Positions 19,055 through 27,631 of a stretch of DNA of 64,000 nucleotides are shown piece by piece. The translations under genes and the position numbers were made by a program. A model generated the notes under the pieces. It was not told where the DNA came from and did not search any database. It worked only from the letters and a program-made list of their open reading frames with translations. The stretch's first letter is position 1; the number at the start of each line of letters is the position of its first letter. The stretch comes from Treponemataceae bacterium (lineage in GTDB: Bacteria > Spirochaetota > Spirochaetia > Treponematales > Rectinemataceae). The DNA lies in assembly GCA_963677895.2 (NCBI GenBank), contig CAXXGJ010000018.1:32001-96000 (forward strand), given 5' to 3'.

Positions 19055-20057
19055 ATGAATAGGAAGGCCACGTTCGTTTTTTCCTCATCTCGCGGCAAGC
19101 GTCTTGGCTTTCTTGTGCGTTCTATCCCTGAGTTCCTGTCTGACCCTGGGGGACAGCATGGATCTGCTGACGTCACAGGCCGTCAGCCAGGGGCTTTTGA
19201 ATAATTATCAGGCTACCATGCTCAAGGTGGCGGCCAAAGCCGCCGCCGAGGCTTCCCGCCGGCTCAGCCCCGAAGAAGAGTACTTTGTGGGAAGGGCAGT
19301 GGCGGCCAGCATTTTTTCGACCTATCGTCCCTATGACTGTTACGAGCTCAACGCTTATCTCAATAAGCTGGGACAGGGACTTGCCCTGTATTCGTCGCGG
19401 CCGGAGATTTACGCCGGGTATCGTTTCATCGTTCTGGACAGCGGGGAAATCAACGCGTTCGCCTCGCCCGGAGGGCACATCCTCGTCACGAGGGGCTTGC
19501 TCGGGAAGGTCCAGAGCGAGGATGAGCTGGCGGCTGTCCTGGCCCACGAGATCGCCCATATTTCGCTGGGGCACGGCCTGGCGTCGGTACAAGGCGCCAG
19601 GATTACGCAGATCGCTTCGGAGTTCGCGATAAGCGCCGGCCATGCCTCGGGAGGGGATATCGCGGCATTCACTTCGGCCTTCGGCGATTCCATTTCCGAA
19701 TTGGCCAAGACCATCGTCATTTCCGGATATTCGCAGACCTATGAATTCCACGCCGATATCGAGGCCAGGAACATCATTGTCGCGGCCGGATACGATCCGA
19801 ACGCATTGTCGCGCCTCATCGGGCATCTGCCCGGACGAGAGGGCGGGAATGCCGCGGGGTTCGCCGTCACTCATCCGGAACCTCTCTCCCGGCAGGAAGC
19901 GTTGCGCGATTCGCCGCTCGAGCCGGGGAAGGCAGCCGCCGCGAAAAGGGCATGGCCTGTTCCCAGGGAAGAGGATGAAAGCATGAGAGCGGTGAATCTC
20001 GTCAGGGCTTCCTTCGTGCGCGCCGAACGCTTCGAGACGCTGAGAGGTTTTTTCTGA
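19055..20057 (+). CDS. M48 family metallopeptidase lipoprotein (probable +1 frameshift near start)
   Basis: INAFASPGG, ELAAVLAHEIAH (HExxH), E..AD, THP; lipobox LSSC. ATG 19055 is one base out of frame with the body. Confidence 0.85.
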
Positions 20058-20134
20058 AAAGCGATCGCCCCGGCAGCCGCGCTGTCCGGCGTTCCCCCGC
20101 CGAACGCGGCGGTCTTCCCGAAACCAGGCATGAG

Positions 20135-22063
20135 ATGCCCAGGCGGCTGCGCTTCGTTCTGGCGGCTCTCGCGGGGCTGCTTTTTTCGGCGCTGCTTCTG
20201 CTTTCCGGCGCCGTCAATGGAATCGACCAGACTCTTTACGACATGACTGCCCGCGAAAGCGCGAGGATCGACCGCCACGGCGACGTGAACAGCGCGGTGG
20301 AACTTATCTATATCGACCAATACAGTCTGGGCTGGGCGGAAGACAACCTGGGGATAGCCTGGCCTTGGCCCAGGGAGCTTTACGGCATAATCGCGACATT
20401 CTGCTCACAGGCGAAGGCGCAAGCCTTCGATATCATTTTCAGCGAGACATCGAGTTTCGGTCCCGGTGACGATCTGCGCTGCGCCGCGGCCATGGATGAG
20501 GCGGGCAACGTCGTCATCGCGGAAGCTCTCGATTCGCGCAGCGGCGAAAGGTTGAAGCCTCTGCCGACCGCCCAGGTGGATTTCGGCCGCGTGACGGGCA
20601 TCGTGGATAGCGACGGCATTCTTCGCCGATACGACGCAGGGGTTGGCGGCGCTGGCGGGGCTGGTGGGGCTGGTGGGGCTAGCGGCGCTGGAGGCGGTTC
20701 TGGAAGCGGCGGCGACCGGGGGACGGCTTCGCTCGGGCTTGCCCTTCTGGCCAAGGGCCGCGATAGCCCGGCAAAACTTCCATTCGGCGATGTTTATCTC
20801 CGTTTCTGGGGCGCATCGCCAACCTTGCCGGCGCGCAACGCCGCGGAAATACTCGCGAGCGCCATGAGCCTTCGGGAGGGGCGCGAGCCACAGGTTAACC
20901 CTGATGTGTACGCGGGGAAATATGTTTTTGTCGGCTTCTCGGCGCCGGGGCTCCTGGACAGGCAGGCGGTGCCGACGGATCAAGCGATGCCCGGCGCCGA
21001 GATTCACGCCACTTTCGTCGACAACGCTTTGCGGGGCCAGTTGCTTGGCACCCTGCCTATGGCGATCGAGCTGCTGCTTGTCTGCGTTTTCGCCCTGGGC
21101 GCCGCCTGGGCTTCCAATTATCTCAAGAAGCCCGCCTTCCTCACCGGCGGCGCGGCTCTTTTCGTCTTCCTTCCCGCGGCTTCCGGATTTGCCCTCTACA
21201 GAGCCGGCTATGTCGCCTCAGCGGGACTCGAGCTCTCCGCCGGGATTTTTTCCTATGCGGCGGGGATCATTCTCTCCTATGTGTCGGAGGGCAGGAACAA
21301 GGCCTTCCTGCGCCGCAGCTTTTCCCAGTACCTGGCGCCCTCCGTCATAGAAGCCCTCCTGCGGAATCCGGGGCTTCTCAAGCTCGGGGGCGAGGAACGC
21401 ACCCTGAGCGTATTTTTTTCCGACATACAGGGCTTCACCGCCTTGTCGGAGTCCATGAAGCCGGAGAAACTCGCCGCGTTCATGAACAGTTATCTCGCGA
21501 TCGTCACGGGCGAAATTCTCGCGGAGGGCGGAACGGTGGATAAATATGTCGGCGACGCGGTTGTCGCTTTCTGGAACGCCCCCCTGGACCAGGACGACCA
21601 TGCCCTCAGGGCGGTCAGGGCCGCGCTCCGCTGCCAGAAAGCCCTGGGCGAGGCGCGGGAAGTTTTCGCGGCCCTTGGGGTTCAGGTTCCCGTGACGCGG
21701 ATCGGAATACATACGGGAAAGGCCATCGTGGGCAATATGGGCTCGCCCTCGCGCTTCAACTACACGGCTTTGGGCGACGTGGTCAACACGGCCAGCAGGC
21801 TGGAAAACGCGAACAAGGCTACAGGGACGAATATCCTGGTTTCGGGCGACACGGTGAAGGCTTGTTCCGCGCTAGATGGAGCGCCCGAGGCCGGCGCCGC
21901 AACTGCCGCAGCGGCGTCCGCCGGCCTCGAATTTCGTCGTCTGGGCGAGATTCTCGTCCATGGAAAGAAAATACCGATAGAAGTCTGGGAACCGCGCAAC
22001 GCGGGAGAAAAACCCGGCGAAGCTCCGCCATGGAGCGGCGTCAAGGACTGCGGCGCTGTCTAG
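20135..22063 (+). CDS. CHASE2-domain adenylate/guanylate cyclase
   Basis: WPWPR, D.DG..RR and PGAEIHA (CHASE2); TM helices; FFSDIQGFT, DKYVGDA, GDVVNTASRLE (class III cyclase). Confidence 0.92.
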   Translation: MPRRLRFVLAALAGLLFSALLLLSGAVNGIDQTLYDMTARESARIDRHGDVNSAVELIYIDQYSLGWAEDNLGIAWPWPRELYGIIATFCSQAKAQAFDIIFSETSSFGPGDDLRCAAAMDEAGNVVIAEALDSRSGERLKPLPTAQVDFGRVTGIVDSDGILRRYDAGVGGAGGAGGAGGASGAGGGSGSGGDRGTASLGLALLAKGRDSPAKLPFGDVYLRFWGASPTLPARNAAEILASAMSLREGREPQVNPDVYAGKYVFVGFSAPGLLDRQAVPTDQAMPGAEIHATFVDNALRGQLLGTLPMAIELLLVCVFALGAAWASNYLKKPAFLTGGAALFVFLPAASGFALYRAGYVASAGLELSAGIFSYAAGIILSYVSEGRNKAFLRRSFSQYLAPSVIEALLRNPGLLKLGGEERTLSVFFSDIQGFTALSESMKPEKLAAFMNSYLAIVTGEILAEGGTVDKYVGDAVVAFWNAPLDQDDHALRAVRAALRCQKALGEAREVFAALGVQVPVTRIGIHTGKAIVGNMGSPSRFNYTALGDVVNTASRLENANKATGTNILVSGDTVKACSALDGAPEAGAATAAAASAGLEFRRLGEILVHGKKIPIEVWEPRNAGEKPGEAPPWSGVKDCGAV

Positions 22064-22099
22064 GTGATTCGGCTCCAACGCCCTGAACTGCGGCGCTGT

Positions 22100-22855
22100 C
22101 TAGATACCCAGGCCGGCCAGCAGAAGGAGCAGGGCTCCGGAAGCGGCCAACGCGGCGTCCGGGCGGGAAAAATTCCGCAGGCTGATGGTCCTGTCTTCCG
22201 AATAGCCCCGAAGTTCCATCGACCTGGCCGCGGCCAAGGCTCCCTTTATGCTCATGAAGACGAAGGTCTGAAGCATGGGCAGCATCCCCGCTAGCCTGTT
22301 GCGACGGATTCCATAGCCCCGGAGTTCGGCCGCTTCCTTCACTTTCCTATAATTTTCAAACACCCGCGGTAAAAACAAAAGTGAGAGCGACACCATCATG
22401 CCCGGATCGGAGAGGACAATCGACTTGCCTTCGTTTTTTCGGAATAAACGAGCGATCCCGCGGGCCGCGACGCTGAGATAATCCCCGAGTTCTGATGCCT
22501 TCGTGCTCACGTAATAGACGCGCGCGAAGACGAATACGGCGGCCAGCCTGGCCGCGTAGAGGCCTGAGGCGGGAAGCGTTTCGGCGGCGAAAACGCGGCC
22601 GTCGCCCGGAAAGATGCCGCGCACGAGGGCGGAGAAGAGCGCGAGATAGCCTATCGCGGCGCCCGCTTTGCCCAGCCCTTTCAAGGGAATGCGCATGGCG
22701 GGCATGAGGAGAAGGCCTCCTCCGATGAGAAGGCCGAGGGGGATCGGGCTGAAGCTCATGGCCGCCATGGAGACGCATATGAGGAAGATGGCTTTGGATG
22801 CCGCCGAGAGGTTAGCGAGAGGGCTGTCCAGAGGTTCGAAGGCGAAGGGATTCAT
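22100..22855 (-). CDS. ECF transporter T component
   Basis: Hydrophobic; two A.E.RG(Y) motifs; ATGA-coupled to the ATPase gene. Confidence 0.8.
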   Translation of the reverse strand: MNPFAFEPLDSPLANLSAASKAIFLICVSMAAMSFSPIPLGLLIGGGLLLMPAMRIPLKGLGKAGAAIGYLALFSALVRGIFPGDGRVFAAETLPASGLYAARLAAVFVFARVYYVSTKASELGDYLSVAARGIARLFRKNEGKSIVLSDPGMMVSLSLLFLPRVFENYRKVKEAAELRGYGIRRNRLAGMLPMLQTFVFMSIKGALAAARSMELRGYSEDRTISLRNFSRPDAALAASGALLLLLAGLGI

Positions 22856-23601
22856 GGCTGGGGGTATGTCCAGGGGAAGTGGCCCTCGAAGGGGCAGGCG
22901 AGACCGTGCGCGGCGAAAAGCTCGGGCGCGGCGGCTGAAGGTTTGCCGTCGAAACAAATCCGGCCCTTGTCGAGAATGATGAGCCTGTGGGCCAGGAAAA
23001 GAATCTTTTCCAGTTCATGTGTCACGATGATGAGGGTGATGCCGCTTTTCTCAAGCTCGCCGCAAATCCTGACGATATCGTTCACGGATTCCAGGTCCAG
23101 GTTGGCGAAGGGTTCGTCGAGAATGAGGCAGTCGGGCCGCATGGCCAGGACGCCGGCGATGGCCAGCCTGCGTTTTTCTCCGCCCGAAAGGGTTTCGGGG
23201 CGGCGTTCTTCGGCGCCCGACAATTTGGCCTCGGCCAGCGCTTCTTTCGTCCTCGTCCTAATTTCGGAAGGGGAAAGCTTCAGGTTGGATGGGCCGAACG
23301 CGACGTCCTCGGCTACGGTCTGGCCCAGTATCTGGGAGTCAGTATCCTGGAACACGAAGCCCACCGAGCGGCGCAGGGCTTTGACATCGCCGCGCAGGTC
23401 GGCGCCGCGGAAGAGGACCTTTCCCTTCGTCGGTGTCGAGATGCCCACGAGATGACGGGCCAGGAGGGTTTTTCCCGAGCCGTTTCTTCCGGCGATGACG
23501 ATGAATTCGCCGTCGCCGATCGAAAGATTAATGTTACTGAACGCTTCCGCCCCATCGCGGAAGCTGTGGGAGAGCCCCTCGACGCGAAAAAGCTCAGACA
23601 T
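22852..23601 (-). CDS. ECF transporter ATPase (CbiO/BioM-like)
   Basis: GRNGSGKT, VFQ, LSGGEKRR, ILDEP. Confidence 0.92.
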   Translation of the reverse strand: MSELFRVEGLSHSFRDGAEAFSNINLSIGDGEFIVIAGRNGSGKTLLARHLVGISTPTKGKVLFRGADLRGDVKALRRSVGFVFQDTDSQILGQTVAEDVAFGPSNLKLSPSEIRTRTKEALAEAKLSGAEERRPETLSGGEKRRLAIAGVLAMRPDCLILDEPFANLDLESVNDIVRICGELEKSGITLIIVTHELEKILFLAHRLIILDKGRICFDGKPSAAAPELFAAHGLACPFEGHFPWTYPQP

Positions 23602-24157
23602 CGGCGTCGCGGCCCGTCAGGATTTCCATCCCGGCGAATAGTCTGGGAGCGAGCAGGGAAGCCAGCGCGATCTTGAGGACATCACCCAGGATGAAGGGAT
23701 AGAGCCCTGCCGCCAAGGCCTTTCCCCACTCGATGTTCAGGACCGATTTCAGCCAGACAATCCCGAACGCATACACAATCGTCATGCCGGCCAGGCAGGC
23801 GAAAATATTGATCGGCACTTTGCGCTTTCCTTTTATGGCGATGAAGCCCATGACGATGCTGGCCGGAATGTATCCGATGAGATAGCCGCCGGTGGGGCCG
23901 AGCAGTTTCGCGATTCCGCCCGCGCCGCCGGAAAAGACCGGCAATCCGAGAAGGCCGAAAAGCAGATAAAGGATGGTCGCGAACAGGCCCCACTTGGGAC
24001 CCAGGATGAGTGCGGCCAGCATGATGAACATATTCTGCAGGACAATAGGCACGGGGCTTCCGGGCACGGGCAGTGCTATGAAGGCGCCGATGGAAATCAG
24101 CGCCGCGAAAAGGCAGGACAGCACCGCGTTCGTCAGTTCATTGGATTTGCGATTCAT
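23594..24157 (-). CDS. bioY: Biotin ECF substrate-binding component BioY
   Basis: PVPIVLQ, GLPVFSGG, GPTGGYL.G, PFI.GD..K. Confidence 0.92.
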   Translation of the reverse strand: MNRKSNELTNAVLSCLFAALISIGAFIALPVPGSPVPIVLQNMFIMLAALILGPKWGLFATILYLLFGLLGLPVFSGGAGGIAKLLGPTGGYLIGYIPASIVMGFIAIKGKRKVPINIFACLAGMTIVYAFGIVWLKSVLNIEWGKALAAGLYPFILGDVLKIALASLLAPRLFAGMEILTGRDADV

Positions 24158-24244
24158 TGTTGGCGAACGTACCACCATGGAGAAAACGCGTCAAGCGGAA
24201 GAATGTTGCGGGAACCGGGGGCTCCGTGGTAGCCTGTGATTCCG

Positions 24245-25918
24245 ATGAGCGAAAACAATCTCCGCGTGACCTTCGTCAGCCTCAATATAAAGGAAGACCG
24301 CGGCACGCTGCCCCTTGGGGCCAGCTGCGCGGCGGCTTCCCTCCTGGCCGCGGGGCTGGCGCGCCGCGAGGATATATTCATCCTGGAAGCCTGCGTCGAC
24401 GACGGAGAAGATGAGCTGCTAAGCAGGATTGTCGAAAACCGCCCCCAGGTCGTAGGCTTTTCCCTCTACTGCTGGAATTCCACGGTGTTCGCGGCGCTGG
24501 CGGAGCGGCTGAAGGCCGATTTTCCGGAAATTCTCCTCATCGCGGGAGGACCGGACGCCGAACGTTTCGTTCCGGAGCGGCTGAAGGCGGAAGAGCCGGG
24601 GCGCGCATGCCGCTTCGACGCGCTGTTCCTGGGTGAAGCCGAGGCGAGCCTCCCTGCGTGGCTGGCGGCGGCGACGGCTCCGCTGGCGGCGGCGACGGGA
24701 GCTGCGCTGGCGGCTACGTCCGGCCCAGCCATCATCCGCGGCAAGCCCTGCGACGCGTCTTTCCTCCCTTCTCCCTGGCTGGAAGGAATTCTGGAGCCCC
24801 GGCGCGGAGGGGCCGTGGCATGGGAGCTTACAAGGGGCTGTCCCTTCCGCTGCACCTACTGCTATGAAGGCAGAGGCTTTTCCGGTCTCAGGCACTTCCC
24901 CGCCGAAAGACTGGAGAAGGAACTGGAACTATTTACGCGGAGCGGCGTCAAGGAAGTCTTCGTCCTGGATCCCACCTTCAACACGCAGGGCAAACGTGCC
25001 ATGTCGCTGCTGAGGTTCTTCGCGGAGAAGGGCGGGGATATAGACTGGTATTTCGAGATCCGCGCCGAACTTCTCGACCGGGCGCAGGCGGAAGCATTCG
25101 CCGCCATCCCCTGCTCGCTGCAGATCGGGCTCCAGAGCGTTCGTCCCGAAGTGCTGAAAAATATCGGCAGGGAGATGGACAGGAAAAAATTCGCCTCGAA
25201 AATCGGCCTTCTCAATCAAACAGGAGCCGTATTCGGCCTGGACCTCATCTATGGACTGCCGGGCGACTCGCTTTCCGGTTTTCGCGAAAGCCTCGATTTC
25301 GCCCTTTCCCTGATGCCCAACCATCTCGATATTTTCCCCCTTGCCGTCCTGCCCGGCACAACCCTCCACGGACAAAGCGGGGAATTCGCGCTCGAATTCG
25401 ACAACCAACCGCCCTACTTGGTTAAAAGCCAGCCCGGTTTTTCCGCCGGCGATATGGACGCGGCGGCCAGTCTCGCCCGCGCCTGCGGGACTTTCTATAC
25501 GAAGGGCAGGGCGGTTCCCTGGTTCCTGTCGATCCTGAAGCCCCTGCGCATGCCGCCATCGGCCTTCCTGGCCGGATTCGACACGATGGAGGAGCGGGAG
25601 AAGGCAATGCCGTCGGGGCACGCGGCGATCGAAGCCCTTCAGTGCGCGTACATTTCGCGGCTCTACGCCCGGCAGGGAAGGGATGCCCTGCTGCCCGCCG
25701 CCCTCGATCTGCTGCGCTTCCACGGGGCCTGGTCCAGAGCCTTCGCCGATGGCGAAGCGTCGCGGCTGGAGCTGACCTATCCTCTTCAGTTAGTGGAAAG
25801 CCCGGAGATGCTGGATATCGAATATTTCCGCCGACACAACGACCCTCATCCCTGCCGCGTAGCGATCATGCCGACGAAGGATGGCCCTCGCGCAAGAATT
25901 CTGTCGAAACATGAATAA
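24245..25918 (+). CDS. B12-binding domain / radical SAM protein
   Basis: VGFSLYCWN, GGP, GEAE; RGCPFRCTYC (CxxxCxxC); DLIYGLPG. Confidence 0.88.
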   Translation: MSENNLRVTFVSLNIKEDRGTLPLGASCAAASLLAAGLARREDIFILEACVDDGEDELLSRIVENRPQVVGFSLYCWNSTVFAALAERLKADFPEILLIAGGPDAERFVPERLKAEEPGRACRFDALFLGEAEASLPAWLAAATAPLAAATGAALAATSGPAIIRGKPCDASFLPSPWLEGILEPRRGGAVAWELTRGCPFRCTYCYEGRGFSGLRHFPAERLEKELELFTRSGVKEVFVLDPTFNTQGKRAMSLLRFFAEKGGDIDWYFEIRAELLDRAQAEAFAAIPCSLQIGLQSVRPEVLKNIGREMDRKKFASKIGLLNQTGAVFGLDLIYGLPGDSLSGFRESLDFALSLMPNHLDIFPLAVLPGTTLHGQSGEFALEFDNQPPYLVKSQPGFSAGDMDAAASLARACGTFYTKGRAVPWFLSILKPLRMPPSAFLAGFDTMEEREKAMPSGHAAIEALQCAYISRLYARQGRDALLPAALDLLRFHGAWSRAFADGEASRLELTYPLQLVESPEMLDIEYFRRHNDPHPCRVAIMPTKDGPRARILSKHE

Positions 25919-25924
25919 ATATGC

Positions 25925-25953
25925 TTGACATGCCGTAATGGTTTCTGTATCGT
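25925..25953 (+). promoter_or_regulatory. Sigma70-type promoter of the asn leader
   Basis: TTGACA-17 bp-TATCGT. Confidence 0.7.
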
Positions 25954-25963
25954 GCCTGTATCT

Positions 25964-26053
25964 ATGAAGCGAAACGTGTTTAACGCCAACTCCAATCTTC
26001 TCAATAATAATAATAACGGAACTGCCGCAGCGGTGCCGGGGCTGTGCGCATAG
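25964..26053 (+). CDS. Asn-rich leader peptide MKRNVFNANSNLLNNNNNGTAAAVPGLCA (not in ORF track)
   Basis: 9 of 29 codons are Asn, five of them consecutive; lies between the promoter and a terminator upstream of asparagine synthetase. Confidence 0.85.
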   Translation: MKRNVFNANSNLLNNNNNGTAAAVPGLCA

Positions 26054-26074
26054 ATAGATGAAGACTGAAATGGG

Positions 26075-26103
26075 ACCGGCCCTTTATGGGGCCGGTTTTT
26101 TTT
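26075..26103 (+). terminator. Intrinsic terminator (attenuator)
   Basis: ACCGGCCC-TTTATG-GGGCCGGT stem running into a T8 tract. Confidence 0.85.
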
Positions 26104-26304
26104 GGGTCCGCGTCATTGGCGAATGTCCTGAAAGCTTCTTGAAAGGAGGGCGGAGGATGATATTCAGTTATGGCATCCTCATGGGTAATGAGGTCTTTAT
26201 CCGTGACAGTTTCCGGGGAATTTTTGCGGATCCGTTTTTCGGAACGCATGCCTGAGGCCGGCTGGATTAGGCCGGACAATGTAGGATTAAGAATAGGAAC
26301 AACC

Positions 26305-27564
26305 ATGAAGACGATAAAAAGCACGTATGAATATGCAATTCCCGAAAAGGCCGAAACCATCGGCGCCGCCCTTGCCGATTGGCAGGATAGCCTGAAAAAA
26401 AAGGGAGGCTCCTTCAGCGGTCACCTAGGGAAGTACTACCTCAAAAAATGGAATGACCCGCTCCTCGCCGATGTCATGGCGATACGCACGAGTTTCATAC
26501 TCGCCATGCAGGAATTCCTGGCCGAGCGGGGATTGTCCAACATCGACAGGGTATCGCTTTCGCCCATCACCGATCCCCTCTGCCATGATGTCGAGCACGT
26601 TCCCGTCATTCACTACAAGGACGTCCCCTACCGTACGACGCATTCCATGATCTATTCGAAATTCCTGGCATGCATGAACCCCGCGGTCAGGGGCGTGTTC
26701 ATCGATTCACCCAACATCAGGCTGGAACTGCCTCATGAGGATGTCACCAAGCGGAAAAAGTACCTGATCGACTTTTCCCAGATGGATATGGAAGCGAAGC
26801 GCAGCGTCTATATATCGGATGACGATTATTTCGACGATCCCGCCAAGGTTACGCGGCTGCTCGAGAAGGAAAGGGACGAGGCCCTGGATTTCTTCGAGGA
26901 TCTGATCATTTCCGTGGTCAGGAAAGTAAAGGCCGCATGTCCCGAGTGCCTCGCCTCCCTGGGCGTCGCGCTCGATGTTCCTCAGAAACCATTTCCGCGC
27001 TTCTATAAAGACGAATCCGGGGACGACGAAGGACTCGAGGCGAGGCTTGGCGCGGCGGCGGGCACGCAGTTCTTCTGGGTGCTGGGACTTCTGAGGGAAA
27101 ACTACGATCTTGTCTATCCCTTCCTCAAAAGGGACGGCTCGGTCAGCTCGACCTCAGCCATAAGCTCGCGCCAGGTCTTCAACTACGATCTATGCGCCGC
27201 AGCGAAATATCTGGATGGTTCCTATGGCGAGGCTTTCGAGGTATTGTCGGGAGGCTTGAGGGAATGGTTCTATCCGGCGATCATCGCGCGCTTGTTGCAG
27301 AACGGCATTCTGTCGCAGGCGCCGCGTTTTGACGAACAGGGCGATATCGAGAATATCGAGGCCCTGGAAGGCTATGGCCCCTTCCTCTCCGCTGTGGCGG
27401 CCCGGACGCCCGAGGGGAAATCGCTCTTTCCCCAGACCTTCGGAGGCGGCATCGGCATCGAGAGAACTCTTTTCACGCTGCTGCAGGGACCTAAAATACA
27501 CAGCATCGACGAGACTACGTTCTTCGGGAAGAATCCCGACCAGCCGGGGCCCTTCCTGTTCTAG
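26305..27564 (+). CDS. Archaeal-type asparagine synthetase A (AsnRS2-like class II aaRS paralog)
   Basis: SPITDPL, THSMIYSK, SPNIRLE, FSQMDME, EVLSGGLRE, GGIGIER; lacks an anticodon-binding domain; AGGA SD before ATG 26305. Confidence 0.82.
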   Translation: MKTIKSTYEYAIPEKAETIGAALADWQDSLKKKGGSFSGHLGKYYLKKWNDPLLADVMAIRTSFILAMQEFLAERGLSNIDRVSLSPITDPLCHDVEHVPVIHYKDVPYRTTHSMIYSKFLACMNPAVRGVFIDSPNIRLELPHEDVTKRKKYLIDFSQMDMEAKRSVYISDDDYFDDPAKVTRLLEKERDEALDFFEDLIISVVRKVKAACPECLASLGVALDVPQKPFPRFYKDESGDDEGLEARLGAAAGTQFFWVLGLLRENYDLVYPFLKRDGSVSSTSAISSRQVFNYDLCAAAKYLDGSYGEAFEVLSGGLREWFYPAIIARLLQNGILSQAPRFDEQGDIENIEALEGYGPFLSAVAARTPEGKSLFPQTFGGGIGIERTLFTLLQGPKIHSIDETTFFGKNPDQPGPFLF

Positions 27565-27587
27565 TCAGTCACTGAACGAAGCTTGGA

Positions 27588-27620
27588 GGAGGGGCCGTTT
27601 CCGGAGGAAACGGCCCCTCC
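27588..27620. terminator. 15-bp hairpin between convergent genes
   Basis: GGAGGGGCCGTTTCC-GGA-GGAAACGGCCCCTCC. Confidence 0.7.
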
Positions 27621-27631
27621 TTCAGACGCAG

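Noticed and set aside
26170..26304. Longer N-terminus for asparagine synthetase
   Set aside because: No well-placed SD at 26170; ATG 26305 has AGGA and protein-like sequence starts there.
26001..26360. Minus-strand ORF ending YYYY; (AAT)n read as a simple microsatellite
   Set aside because: It is the antisense of the Asn leader. The + frame has a promoter, additional scattered Asn codons and a matching downstream gene.
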